Shown piece after piece: positions 1 to 11,500 of a DNA stretch of 64,000 bases (its first letter is position 1; each line of letters begins with the position of its first letter). This stretch comes from an uncultured Planctomycetaceae bacterium (GTDB taxonomy: Bacteria; Planctomycetota; Planctomycetia; Isosphaerales; Isosphaeraceae), in NCBI GenBank assembly GCA_963833985.1, contig CAWIAD010000002.1:2304001-2368000 (forward strand), read 5' to 3'. A program made the position numbers and the translations under genes. The notes below the pieces were generated by a model. The model ran no database searches, was not told where the DNA came from, and saw only the letters and a list, made by a program, of their open reading frames with translations.

Positions 1-2
1 GA

Positions 3-242
3 TCCCTGATAATCGCGAGCCGACACGACCGGCTGATCGAGCTGATCCGCACTGGCGAATTCTCGTCGCCTGACCTGGCCCAGCAGTTGAAGGTCTCGGA
101 GCAGACGATCTACCGGGACATCGACTTCCTCAAGCAACGCGGCTATTCCATCCGATCCGAAAAGCACACAGACGGTTGGGCTTATCACCTTCTTGCAGAA
201 CCCGCAACGGTTTCAAACGGGAAGGGATCATCGCGCCAATGA
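3..242 (+). CDS. small winged-HTH (HTH_11/DeoR-like) protein, 5'-truncated by the window edge
   Basis: Own translation of frame 3: ...SRHDRLIELIRTGEFSSPDLAQQLKVSEQTIYRDIDFLKQRGYSI...GWAY...RQ*, with the VSxxTIYRDI recognition helix. Its TGA overlaps the ATG of the next gene (ATGA, 239-242). Confidence 0.8.
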   Translation, partial: SLIIASRHDRLIELIRTGEFSSPDLAQQLKVSEQTIYRDIDFLKQRGYSIRSEKHTDGWAYHLLAEPATVSNGKGSSRQ

Positions 243-3200
243 CCACCGCGCCCCCAAAAGATTGGAAGAAAGACTTTGGGATCGACGGACGACAGCCGCC
301 CGGTCTTTTCACAAGCAAAGACGAGCTGAAACCAGCGACACCTCAGGCGCATTTGCTCCGGCGCGCCTTCGAGTTGCTCGAACTGGATGGCGTGCTGTGT
401 GCCGACCACTCGCCTATTGTCTACTTTAAGCTGATTAAACAGATCACTGCTGAAGCCGTGTACAAACTTCACAAGAAGTTTTGGAATCACGGCGGCGCGC
501 CAGTCCTTGTCCTAATCACGAACGACAAAGTTCATGTATATTCCGGCATGTCCAGGCCGGTTCCTGGAGCTAGTTTAGCCGATCCGATGCCGAGCCTTAT
601 CACCACGCTTGACCGCGTTGCGACCGGCCTTCGCGAGTTTCTGACTTCCGTGGAGTCGGGTGAGTTCTTTCGCAACAATCCGAGGTCATTCAATCCAGAA
701 CACCGTGTCGATCGTGCCTTGTTAGAGAATCTCTCGGATACCCGCGAGGCATTGGTGTCTGCAACGCGGCGAAAAATTCCGACGGATGTACTCGACGCGC
801 TCCTTTGCCGCCTCGTATTCACGTGCTATCTGTTTGACCGCGAGGTGATCGGGCCGACCTACCTGTCGGGAATCGGTGCCAAGGGTGCATCACATCTGAA
901 GGACGTTCTTGCTATCCAACCGGCGACCGATGCCAAGACATCGCTTTACCGGCTGTTCAAGAAACTCGGTAAGGACTTTAATGGTGACCTCTTCAGCGAC
1001 GATTTAGACGTCGAAGCGGAGTATGTACAAGAGCAGCACATCAAGACTCTTAAAGACTTCTTCCACGGCACATCCGTTCGTGGTGGTCAGCAGACGTTCT
1101 GGCCTTATGATTTCAGCATCATCCCTATCGAAACGATCAGCGCCATCTATGAGCAGTTCTTAAAGGAATCCGACGAAAAGGCCGGTGCGTTCTACACACC
1201 TCGATTCCTGGCCGAAGTTGTACTCGATACGGCCCTGGATGGAATCAGCTCCATCATCGGGAAGAAGTGCTTCGATCCTGCCTGCGGTTCGGGAATCTTT
1301 CTCGTCGGACTCTTTAACCGCATGGCGGAGGAGTGGAAGCAACAGAATCCGAACGCCCGCAATCCTCGCCGTGCCCGCGAACTCATGGCGTTGCTCCGCG
1401 ACAACCTGTTCGGCGTGGATATTAACCCGACTGCCTGCCGAATTACGGCCTTCAGCCTTTATCTCGCGTACCTTGATCAACTCACCCCCCGCGACATCCA
1501 AGAGCATCAAGCGCAAGGCCGTTTCTTGCCCAATCTGATTGCCACAGACAACGTGCTAGCGAACATCCGGCGTGCCGACTTCTTCGACGGGACAGCCACT
1601 TTCCCAACGGAAATGGACTTGGTTATCGGTAACCCACCGTGGGGCAGCACTGCGACGGATTCCACTCCCGCAGGCGAGTGGTGCAATTCCCATAAAAGGC
1701 CCATTCCCGACAAACAGATTGCCGCCGCCTTCGTCTGGAAGGCTGTCGAACATGTTTCGTCGAAAGGCACGGTTTGCTTTGTGCTACCTCACGGTGTGTT
1801 ATTCCATCACAGTCACACGGCTCTGGAGTTCCAGAGCACATGGGTGAGTCAGCATGCGATCACTCGCATCTTAAACCTTGCGGACTTCCGCTGGTTTCTC
1901 TTCGGTAAGGCAGTGCATCCGGCACTCGTCGTGAGTTACGGGAAGAATCCACCGTTAGACACACGTCACCCAATCGAATACTGGGTTCCTAAAACAGATT
2001 GGACGGTAATAAGAACAGAGGTCATCACGATTGGGCCGAACGACCGTTCGGCGCTGACTGTTGGCGACATTCTGCAAGACTTGAAGAGCGCTGATGCTCC
2101 GCAACTCTGGAAGCAACGGTTCTGGGCATCACCTCGGGAACTCCGCCTCATCGATAGGCTTTCGCTGTATCCACGGCTCCGCGATATCGTGCGTGGCCCA
2201 AGGGAACGTAAAAGCAACAGGCCCTGGCTAATGGCCGTTGGATTCCAGCCGTTCGGCGAGAACGATCCTGAAAGCTCACGCAAGTCGCTCACACTCCCAT
2301 CAAGCCGCTTCATTCCTGCGACTTCGAGTACGATTGATCTCTTTATTTTGGAGGGTGACTGCCAGTCCCTTCCATCGAAACAAGTAGATGTGCGCAGATT
2401 GATTCAGAGTACACAGATTTTTCAGTCGCCTCATGTGCTTGTAGCGGAGGGCTACACGAGCATTGCTTACGCGGATTTCGACGTATCGTTCCAGCACGCA
2501 CTACGAGGCATTCACGGCCCGATGAAAGATCGCAATCTACTCATCTTCCTCGCGGCCTATTTGCGATCTCCGCTGGCGAAATTCTTCTTGTTCCATACAT
2601 CTTCCAGCTGGGGCGTGGCCAGGCCGAAGGTTCACGTTGAGGAAATCCTTCGCGTCCCAATGCCGCTACCGGATCAACAGCCGAATCCAAAGCGATGCTG
2701 GCAAATCGTTGAGAAGATCGCCGGGATTGTGGACGACGCTGCCCGCAAGTCTTCCGATGATTTTGTAGATCGTCTGGGGATTATTCAGTCCGCAGATGCG
2801 GCGATTGCACCATTGATCGACGAGTATTTCGAGATACACCCGCTGGAGAAGCCCCTCATCGAGGATACGGTGAAGGTTACCATCCCCAGCATTCAGCCCA
2901 CGCAAAAGCGTATGCCCGTTCCCACCATTGCTCCCAGCACCCCCTCGCAACGAGAAGCCTATTGCAGCCGTGTGTGCACCATGCTTAACGGCTGGGGCAA
3001 GCGAGGCGAATACAAGGTACGGGGGGCCGTGTACGCTTCCGATACGATGGGAGTCGGGATGGCCGTCCTTGAGAAGGTTAGCCGGACCGACGCTAAACCA
3101 TCGGCCAGTGACAACGGGCAAGACTTGCTGAAGGCGCTAGATCATCTGCGAAAGATTCATCCGCAACGGCTAGCTACACTCGATGTGGTGCGTGGCCTGC

Positions 3201-3331
3201 TCGTATTCGACAACAACCGGCTTTATATCGTGAAGCCCATCAGCCAGCGGCACTGGACACAAACTGCTGCGATGAACGACGCCGACGAAATCGCGGGTAC
3301 GATCCTGATGCGATCCAAGGAGGGCGCATGA
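239..3331 (+). CDS. large N6-adenine DNA methyltransferase (Type IIG/HsdM-like, ~1030 aa) with C-terminal target-recognition region
   Basis: Motifs GAFYTP, motif I FDPACGSGIFL, FGVDIN and motif IV GNPPW; C-terminal AYLRSPLAKFFLF is typical of TaqI-like TRD regions. Start taken at the ATG overlapping the upstream stop. Confidence 0.9.
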   Translation: MTTAPPKDWKKDFGIDGRQPPGLFTSKDELKPATPQAHLLRRAFELLELDGVLCADHSPIVYFKLIKQITAEAVYKLHKKFWNHGGAPVLVLITNDKVHVYSGMSRPVPGASLADPMPSLITTLDRVATGLREFLTSVESGEFFRNNPRSFNPEHRVDRALLENLSDTREALVSATRRKIPTDVLDALLCRLVFTCYLFDREVIGPTYLSGIGAKGASHLKDVLAIQPATDAKTSLYRLFKKLGKDFNGDLFSDDLDVEAEYVQEQHIKTLKDFFHGTSVRGGQQTFWPYDFSIIPIETISAIYEQFLKESDEKAGAFYTPRFLAEVVLDTALDGISSIIGKKCFDPACGSGIFLVGLFNRMAEEWKQQNPNARNPRRARELMALLRDNLFGVDINPTACRITAFSLYLAYLDQLTPRDIQEHQAQGRFLPNLIATDNVLANIRRADFFDGTATFPTEMDLVIGNPPWGSTATDSTPAGEWCNSHKRPIPDKQIAAAFVWKAVEHVSSKGTVCFVLPHGVLFHHSHTALEFQSTWVSQHAITRILNLADFRWFLFGKAVHPALVVSYGKNPPLDTRHPIEYWVPKTDWTVIRTEVITIGPNDRSALTVGDILQDLKSADAPQLWKQRFWASPRELRLIDRLSLYPRLRDIVRGPRERKSNRPWLMAVGFQPFGENDPESSRKSLTLPSSRFIPATSSTIDLFILEGDCQSLPSKQVDVRRLIQSTQIFQSPHVLVAEGYTSIAYADFDVSFQHALRGIHGPMKDRNLLIFLAAYLRSPLAKFFLFHTSSSWGVARPKVHVEEILRVPMPLPDQQPNPKRCWQIVEKIAGIVDDAARKSSDDFVDRLGIIQSADAAIAPLIDEYFEIHPLEKPLIEDTVKVTIPSIQPTQKRMPVPTIAPSTPSQREAYCSRVCTMLNGWGKRGEYKVRGAVYASDTMGVGMAVLEKVSRTDAKPSASDNGQDLLKALDHLRKIHPQRLATLDVVRGLLVFDNNRLYIVKPISQRHWTQTAAMNDADEIAGTILMRSKEGA

Positions 3332-4062
3332 AAGCACTAGGATCGCCCGAAGAGTGGGTCGATTTCATCGAGTCGCAAGTGCCTGCCATCCTCGCGCTCG
3401 TGATCGAAACTTGGGAAGCGATGCCGCCGCCAGCCGGAAATGAACTGGAAGACACAGCCTCGGTATCCTTGTGCCGGGCACTCAGGCAGTCCAGGAACAG
3501 TTGCGACCTTCCGTTTCGGATCGACACGCAGTTGGTTGAACTCGATCCAGCCGCCGGACAGGATCAGGGTCGAATGGATATAGTGTTCTCCCCCATGTAT
3601 CCACGAGAGCACATCTATTTTGCCCTGGAATGTAAGCGGCTAAATGTTCGGGGTGGCGACGGCGTGCGACCGTACCATGCCGAGTATGTAAGGTTTGGAA
3701 TGCTCCGGTTCGTGCGAGGGCAGTATGCGAACGCAGTACGTCACGGCGGTATGCTTGCGTTCGTTCTGGATGCCGACATTGTTGGAGCGATATCAGGCGT
3801 GGAAGGCAATATCCGAGCAAATTACGGCGACCTAGGTATGGATGCCTCTGGTGGTCTCCAAGCATCAACCGGACGACTTGGGGATGATAGGGTGCGGGAA
3901 ACCAGACATCGCCGAAACGGCCAAGTGCTGCCATTTGTTATCCAGCACTTGTTCATGGCGGGTGATCCGAATTCACCGTTGCGACCCGAAACGCCTCCGG
4001 TGGGAACGTCACCAAGAAAGAAGACAACTCAGAAATCCCGCAAGAAACAACAACTAGGCTGA
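3328..4062 (+). CDS. hypothetical protein with PD-(D/E)xK nuclease-like motif
   Basis: E..D helix (ELEDTAS), GRMDIVF, then FALECKRL; ATGA-coupled to the MTase. Confidence 0.65.
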   Translation: MKALGSPEEWVDFIESQVPAILALVIETWEAMPPPAGNELEDTASVSLCRALRQSRNSCDLPFRIDTQLVELDPAAGQDQGRMDIVFSPMYPREHIYFALECKRLNVRGGDGVRPYHAEYVRFGMLRFVRGQYANAVRHGGMLAFVLDADIVGAISGVEGNIRANYGDLGMDASGGLQASTGRLGDDRVRETRHRRNGQVLPFVIQHLFMAGDPNSPLRPETPPVGTSPRKKTTQKSRKKQQLG

Positions 4063-4724
4063 TGAATCATGCAGATCGTAAAGGCAATACACATCTCACA
4101 CTCAACGAATTCTTGTGATGACGAGCGCAGGGGAGAAGTCCGTGGCTAATGCCGAAGCAAAATCCGCAAACGGGAATGGCGAGAAAGGAAAGGGACAGGC
4201 AGAGAGAGAGGGACTGGCAACGCAGCCATGGCCGGAACTCGCCTCTCGCTGCACGGCCGTTGACGCAACGCCCCTCGCCCGGCCTCATCATAGCGGGGGG
4301 GTGCGACAACGATGGTCGTGGCAAGAAGAAGCAATGCAAAAGGTCCTGGTCTGCGTGCAGGTTCGGCGGGTCGAGGCTGCACCCGGCAGGCTCCAGCCGG
4401 TGGCAGTGCATCCCGATCAACAGCGCACCTGTACGCAAGACCACATCGGACAGTAACACGCGCAGCGGTGAGTGTCAACAACCATGGAGCAAGTGCAACT
4501 GGCCGAAGCAGAAGGCATGAGTTCAAAAAAATGGGAGATTCTGGAAAAAAACCGCAAGGGAGGCAGATGGATCGGCCGCGCGTAGCGGATGCTGTCAATA
4601 GGGGGCATTCTCAGCGCGGGCAGCGTCGCGCGGCTTGAACCGCACACGATCGACGAGGATGCCCGTAGCTTGAGCCGCGGCCGGAACTGGTGGCCCTGCT
4701 CAGTGCTGCACGAAAAACACCGAG

Positions 4725-5151
4725 CGAAGCCAATTTTCATGATCCATCGAACTCTTACGCCACAAGGACTTACGTCATGAAATTGGGTTCCGCGACGACC
4801 GGGAACGAACCCAATTTCGCGACGGGGAGTGCCCGGCAGGGTCGTATTGCACGATCCGGTGGAGTTCGGGAGAGAACGCCGGCGGGTCGGGCGGTCGCGA
4901 GCAGGCGGAACACGATCAAGGGGGCCGGGAACGAAGAGTTCGACCCGGACGCCGCGGGGCGGGTGCAGGTTGCTGCACGCAAGTGGTTGAGAGATGGTGG
5001 GTTGCGCTGCGCTGACCCACCCTACGAGGTTCCAGAAACGGGCATCTGGGACGACGCGGAACGAAGCCAATCTTGAAAGTTGTTAGCTGATGTGGCTCAT
5101 GGGTTTACGTCATGAAATTGGCTTTTTGGGGGGGGCAGAACGAACCCAATT
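4725..5151. repeat. two copies of a ~90-nt intergenic repeat unit with an internal inverted repeat
   Basis: cgaagccaat at 4725 and 5062; ttacgtcatgaaattgg at 4770 and 5105; gaacgaacccaatt at 4803 and 5138. In copy 1, aattgggttc (4781) is the reverse complement of gaacccaatt (4807). Confidence 0.75.
4996..5025 (-). repeat. GTAG-family REP-like palindrome
   Basis: Minus strand reads GTAG-GGTGGGT-cagcgcagcgca-ACCCACC: a GTAG tetranucleotide followed by a hairpin. Confidence 0.65.
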
Positions 5152-5349
5152 CCGGAGGGGGGAGAGCCGTGTCGTCCCGGACGTCCGGTGAGAGCCTGGA
5201 GCGGCTGGCTCTTGCGGTCGAGACCGCGGCGAGGGCGACTCGGATCGGGGGATCGTTGACACTCCGATCGCAGGGCAGGAAGATGACCGGGTGAGCAGAC
5301 AACGAGACGCGTCGCGGAGACGCACCAGGCCCGCAGAGGAGATTCGTTG

Positions 5350-6648
5350 ATGGCCAGTCCGAAGCCGGAACCGCCCGCCGGAGGGGCGCGGGTGACGATC
5401 GCCGACGGCAAGCTGAGCGTGCCCGATCATCCGATCATCCCGTTCATCGAAGGCGACGGCACCGGGCCGGATATCTGGCGGGCGAGCGTGCGCGTGCTCG
5501 ATGCGGCCGTGCAGAAGGCGTACGGCGGCAAGCGGCAGATGGCCTGGATGGAGGTCTACGCCGGCGAGAAGGCCCACACCCAGTTCTCGACCTGGCTGCC
5601 GGACGAGACCGTTGCCGCCTTCCGCGAGTACCTGGTCGGCATCAAGGGGCCGCTCACCACACCGATCGGCGGCGGCATCCGCTCGCTCAACGTGGCGCTG
5701 CGGCAGTTGCTCGATCTCTACGTCTGCCTGCGGCCGGTCCGCTGGTTTCAGGGCGTGCCCTCGCCGGTGAAGCGTCCCGACCTGGTCGACATGGTGATCT
5801 TCCGCGAGAACACCGAGGACGTGTACGCGGGCATCGAGTTCGAGGCCGGCAGCGCCGATGCGCGGAAGGTTATAACGTTCCTGAAGGACAATTTCCCGAA
5901 CATGTACCAGAAGATCCGCTTCCCGGAGACGGCGGCCATCGGCATCAAGCCGATCTCCAGCGAGGGGACCGAGCGGCTGGTGCGCTCGGCGGTCCGGTAC
6001 GCCATCGCCAACAAGCGGAAGAGCGTGACCCTGGTGCACAAGGGAAACATCATGAAGTTCACCGAGGGGGGGTTCCGGAACTGGGGCTACGCGCTGGCCG
6101 AGCGCGAGTTCGCCGGTCAAACCTGCTCCTGGAACGCCTGGGAGAAGACCAAGGCGCAGCAGGGTGAGGGCGCGGCCAACGAGGAGCAGAAGGCCGCCCT
6201 GGCCGCCGGCAAGGTCCTGGTCAAGGACGCCATCGCCGACATCACGCTCCAGCAGGTGCTCACCCGGCCCTCCGAGTTCGACGTGATCGTGACGCCCAAC
6301 CTCAACGGCGATTACCTTTCCGACGCCCTGGCCGCGCAGGTGGGCGGCATCGGCATCGCGCCGGGCGGGAACATCAACTATGAGACGGGCCATGCCGTCT
6401 TCGAGGCGACCCACGGCACCGCCCCCAAGTACGCCAACCTGGACCAGGTGAACCCCGGTTCGGTGATCCTCTCCGGCGAGATGATGCTCCGCTACCTGGG
6501 CTGGGCCGAGGCGGCCGACCTGGTCATCAAGGGCATGGATGGCGCCATCGGCAAGAAGACCGTCACGTACGACTTCGCCCGCCTCATGGAAGGTGCCACC
6601 CAGGTGAAGTGCAGCGCGTTCGGCGACGCGGTGATCGCCAGCATGTGA
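5350..6648 (+). CDS. icd: NADP-dependent isocitrate dehydrogenase
   Basis: [67 protein letters not shown]. Confidence 0.97.
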   Translation: MASPKPEPPAGGARVTIADGKLSVPDHPIIPFIEGDGTGPDIWRASVRVLDAAVQKAYGGKRQMAWMEVYAGEKAHTQFSTWLPDETVAAFREYLVGIKGPLTTPIGGGIRSLNVALRQLLDLYVCLRPVRWFQGVPSPVKRPDLVDMVIFRENTEDVYAGIEFEAGSADARKVITFLKDNFPNMYQKIRFPETAAIGIKPISSEGTERLVRSAVRYAIANKRKSVTLVHKGNIMKFTEGGFRNWGYALAEREFAGQTCSWNAWEKTKAQQGEGAANEEQKAALAAGKVLVKDAIADITLQQVLTRPSEFDVIVTPNLNGDYLSDALAAQVGGIGIAPGGNINYETGHAVFEATHGTAPKYANLDQVNPGSVILSGEMMLRYLGWAEAADLVIKGMDGAIGKKTVTYDFARLMEGATQVKCSAFGDAVIASM

Positions 6649-6698
6649 GCCCCGAGCGGACTGACTGCCTGGGGCCTGCGTTCCGGGGGGAAGTTCCC

Positions 6699-8431
6699 AT
6701 GTGGATCCCCAGGGCACACGATCGCCTGGCCAGGCAGGGCGCCGCGGCGATTCATGAGGCGTTTCAGGAATACGATTGCGGCTTCCTGGCCATCACCCGC
6801 CGCGCCCGGGTGCGGTTCGAGAACCGCGACTGGCGCGGCATGCAGCAGGATGCGCTCGAGCGGCTGGAGCTGTACGGGCGGGTGATTTCCAGGGTCGTCG
6901 CCACGATCCGTGGGCTCCTGGACGCCTTTGAGAAGGACAAGAAGCTCTGGGCCGCCATGAAGTCGGCCTACATCGACCGGATCGCCCGCCGGGAGGACAT
7001 CGAGCTGGCCGAGACCTTCTTCAACTCGGTCAGCCGGCGCATCTTCACGACCATCGGCGTCGACCCCCGGATCGAGTTCCTCAGCTCCGACTTCGATACC
7101 CGGCCTCATGCCCCAGGCACCCCGATCTACCGGTCATATCCGGTCGGCGAGTCCTTGCCGCAGGTCGTCGAGCAGATGCTCGCGGCCTGCGAATTCCAGG
7201 CGCCCTTCGAGGACCTCCGGCGCAACGCGCAAGGAGCGGCCCGCGCCATCCTGCGTGAGCAGCGGAAGGCAGGTGCGGCCGGCACCATCGACGCCATCGA
7301 CATGATTCCATCGGTTTTCTACCGCAACCAGGGCGCCTACCTGGTAGGCCGGATCCGTAGCGGTGCGCAGGTGACGCCGCTGACCCTGGCGCTCCATCAT
7401 GAGCCGGGCGGCATCGTCGTCGACGCGGTGCTGCTCTCGGCCGACGAGGTGAGCATCATCTTCAGCTTCACCCGCTCCTACTTCCACGTGGAGGTCGAGC
7501 GCCCGCGCGACCTGGTGATGTTCCTCAAGTCGTTCCTGCCGCGCAAGCCGCTCGCCGAGCTTTACATCGCCATCGGCTACAACAAGCACGGCAAGACCGA
7601 GCTTTACCGGGACCTGATGCGGCACATCGAGGAATCGAGCGACCTGTTCGAGATTGCCCCCGGCGACCGCGGCATGGTGATGTCCGTCTTCACGCTCCCC
7701 TCGTTCGACGTCGTCTTCAAGGTGATTCGCGACCGCTTCGCGTATCCCAAGACTTCATCCCGCCAGGACGTGATGGACCGTTACCAGCTCGTTTTCAAGC
7801 ACGACCGCGCCGGGCGGCTGGCCGACGTCCAGGAATTCGAGCACCTGGCGTTCGCTCGCGAGCGTTTCGCGCCGAGCTTCTGAGCGAGCTGGCCGGCGAG
7901 GCCGCCGAGACGGTGGCCACTGGCCCGCGCACGGTGGAGATCCGGCACGTCTACGTGGAGCGGCGGATGACGCCCCTGAACCTGTACATCCGCGAATCCA
8001 GCCTGGACGACGCCCGCAAGGCGATCATCGACTACGGGCAGGCCGTCCGCGACCTGGCGGCCACGAACATCTTCCCCGGCGACTTGCTCTTGAAGAACTT
8101 CGGCGTCACCCGCCACGGCCGCGTGGTCTTCTACGATTACGATGAGCTCTGCCTCGTCACGGACTGCCATTTTCGCGAGCTGCCCACGGCCTCGAACGAT
8201 GATGAGGAATGCGGCGTCGAGCCCTGGTTCTACGTTGGCCCCAGCGACATCTTCCCCGAAGAATTCATCAACTTCCTGGGCCTGGGGGGAGAGCTGCGCG
8301 AGGCCTTCCTGGGAGCCCACCGCGAACTCCTGACGGCACAGTACTGGCAGGGCATCCAGGCACGCCACAGCGCCGGGGAATTGCTCGATGTCTATCCCTA
8401 TCCCTGCGCACGGCGGCTCGTTGCGCAGTGA
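6699..8431 (+). CDS. aceK: isocitrate dehydrogenase kinase/phosphatase (frameshift near 7873, probably a sequencing error)
   Basis: ELAETFFNSV, FSFTRSYFHV, IGYNKHGKTELYR, APGDRGMVM, HDRAGRLADVQEF; the second frame continues with ERRMTPLNLY, NIFPGDLLLKNFGVTRHGRVVFYDYDE. Confidence 0.92.
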
Positions 8432-8566
8432 CGGCCAGGTTTCTGCTCATGAACCTGGCCCACTTCCACGTATCATCACCCCGTGTTAATCTGGGTTGCC
8501 TCGCGAAGATAAAGCGAGTTTTTCGGCTCATCCTGCGTGGATCGGACTTGACGAGGTTCGCTCGCC

Positions 8567-11500
8567 ATGACGCTGCAAGTTCATCGCCCGAGGTTGCTGA
8601 TCTCGTTTGCCCTGGCCTGCTGGGCGAGCATGGTCGCGCTTGCGCCGCCGCTCGATGCCCGTGAGTGGCTCGAACCGCCCAGGGACGCCGACGCAAGCAA
8701 GAAAGCGGAGGAGAAGGAACTGCCGCTGAAGCCGGACAGGACGATCGCGTTCACGACCGAGGAAGGAACCTGGGTGTCGCTCGATGTCTCACCCGACGGC
8801 AAGACGATCGTTTTCGAGCTTCTGGGCGATCTCTACACGGTGCCGATCGAGGGGGGCGAGGCGAAGGCGATCGCAACGGGTCTCGCCTTTGACAGCCAGC
8901 CCCGGTTCTCGCCCGACGGCAAGCAGCTCGCCTTCGTGAGCGACCGTGACGGCTCTGAGAATCTCTGGATCGCCGGCGCTGACGGATCGGGCCCGAGACC
9001 GCTCTCGAAGGACAGGCAAAGCCTCTTCACCTCTCCGTCCTGGACGCCGGAGGGTGATTACGTGCTCGTCTCGCGCAGGATCAGGCACCCATCGGCGCTT
9101 TTGAGTTGTGGATGTACCACGCCAGGGGCGGCACGGGTGTGCAGGTGACCAAGGGGAAGACGAAGCCGGATGCCAGGCGGGACGATTACGTGCACGCGGT
9201 CGGCGCCGTGGCGTCGGCGGACGGGGCGTACTTTTACTACACGAAACGGGAAGGCCTGTTCAACGCATACAACAACCTGAATTTTCCGCTCTCCCAGGTT
9301 GTCCGGAGGGACCGGGTGACGGGCACGGAAGATACGATCACCGAGGCGGTCGGCAGTGCCTTCCGCCCCGCGCTGTCGCCGGACGGAATCAGGCTCGTTT
9401 ACGCAACCCGCGTCGACAACGAGACCGGGCTGCGGCTGCGGGAACTTGCAAGCGGCGAGGAACGCTGGCTCAAGCTGCCGGTCCAGCGCGACGAGCAGGA
9501 GTCTCGCTTCACGCGCGACCTGCTGCCCGGATACGCCTTCACTCCCGACGGCAAGGCGGTGATCGCCGGTTACGGAGGCAAGATTCATCGGGTCGAGCTG
9601 GCGACCGGCACGGATCGGGTCATTCCCTTCAAGGCGAAGGTCTCGCAGCCGGTGGGGTCGCGGCTGAACTTTCCCACGCGGGTGGACGACGGTCCGATCC
9701 GTGCGCGGTTGATCCAGGATCCTGAGCCCTCGCGCGATGGCAAGCGGCTGGCGTTCTCTGCCCTCACGCGGCTCTACGTGATGGATCTGCCGGGCGGCAA
9801 GCCGGTCCAGCTGTCGGCCGATGATGCCCGCGAGTTTCACCCGACCTGGTCGCCGGATGGGAAGTGGCTGGCCTACGTGAGCTGGGGGCCCGACGGGGGC
9901 CAGCTCTGGAAACGGCCGGCCGACGGTACCGGGCCCCCGCAGCAACTCACCCGCGTGCCGGCCTTTTATCGAGACCCGGTGTGGACGCCCGACGGCTCGC
10001 GCCTGGTCGTGCTGCGCGCCCGCGCCGCGAGAAGGTCGAGAACGCCGTGGAGTTCGGCGCCAGTGCCGGGCTCGATCTTCTCTGGGTACCGGCCGGCGGC
10101 GGAGAGACGCACCTCATCAGCCCGGCGCAGGGCGCGAGTACCCCTCACTTTGGACCCGAGCCGGACCGCGTCTATGTCACCACGCCCGCCGGCCTGGTCT
10201 CGATGCGGTTCGACGGTACCGACCGCCGTACGCACCTGAAGGTGGTTGGCAAGAAGATGATGTTCGGCGACAACCCGGTCCCCGCCGAGGTCATCCTGCT
10301 GCGGCCCGACGGCCGCTGGGCCCTGGCACTGGTGACCAACCAGGTGTATCTCATGGCGCTGCCGCGGTTTGGCGGCGAGCCTCCCACGGTCGACGTGCAC
10401 GCCTCTCCCGTTCCGCTCAAGAAGCTCACCGACATCGGGGCCGACTATCTCGCCTGGGCCGACGATGGCCAGACAGTGACGTGGGCCCTCGGCGCCAGCC
10501 TGTTTCGCCTTCCCTTCCGCTCGATCGCCTTCGAACCACCGCGAGAAGAACCGGAAGGAAAGGATAGCTCGGCCCCGCCGAAGCAGGAGAAGCCGCCGGC
10601 CGCGGAGGAGATCGCCGTGGTCATTGAACGGCCCAGGTCAAGCCCGCATGGGTCGATCGTGCTGCGCGGCGCCCGGGTGATCACGATGCGGGGCGACGAG
10701 GTGGTCGAGGGCGGCGACGTCGTCGTGAGCGGCCATCGGATCGTGGCCGTGGGGCCGACGGGCAAGGCCAGTGTGCCGCCTGGCGCGACGATCATCGACG
10801 TCGCGGGCACCACGATCACTCCCGGCTTCGTCGACACGCATGCTCACTGGACGGAGATTCGACGGGCCGTACTTGACCTTCAAAACTGGAGCTTCTTCGC
10901 CAACCTCGCGTACGGCGTGACGACGGGGCGAGACCCGCAAACGTCGACCAATGACATGTTCGCTTACCAGGATCTGGTCGAGGCAGGCGAGCTGGTCGGG
11001 CCACGGGCTTTCTCCACCGGTCCGGGAGTGTTCTCGGACACCGACTTTCAGTCGGCGGACGAGGCCGAATCGGTGGTCGCCCGGTACAAGAAGTACTTTC
11101 GCACGAACACTCTCAAGTCCTACATGATCGGCAATCGCCGCCAGCGCGAGTGGATGGTCGCGGCCTGCCGCAAGCATGAGGTGATGCCCACCACGGAAGG
11201 GGGTCTCGATCTGAAACTGAACCTGACGCACGCCCTGGATGGATTCAGCGGCAACGAGCACAGCTTGCCGGTCGTACCGCTCTTCGCCGACGTGGTCGAG
11301 CTGTTCGCGCGAACCGGGATCTCCTACACGCCCACCCTGCTGGTGGCCTACGGCGGGCCGTGGGGCGAAACCTACTACTTCACGACGACCGACATCCACG
11401 ACGATCCAAAGATTCGCCGCTTCATTCCTCACAGCGTGCTCGACCAGAAAGTCCGGCGTTCCGCCTGGTTCCACAAGGACGAGCACATCTTTCCCAGGAT

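Noticed and set aside
4067..4640. Overlapping 100-150 aa ORFs after the nuclease-like gene
   Set aside because: No recognisable motifs or consistent frame; may be a gene remnant but cannot be supported.
4725..5151. Possible CRISPR array
   Set aside because: Only two units about 335 nt apart, no regular spacers and no cas genes.
5110..6717. Long antisense ORFs (also 35327-37054, 42001-43578, 44940-46544, 51286-52896)
   Set aside because: Typical antisense shadows of real genes in high-GC DNA.
7860..7890. Programmed ribosomal frameshifting in aceK or other split genes
   Set aside because: No slippery heptamer, and the many similar indels across the window favour sequencing error.
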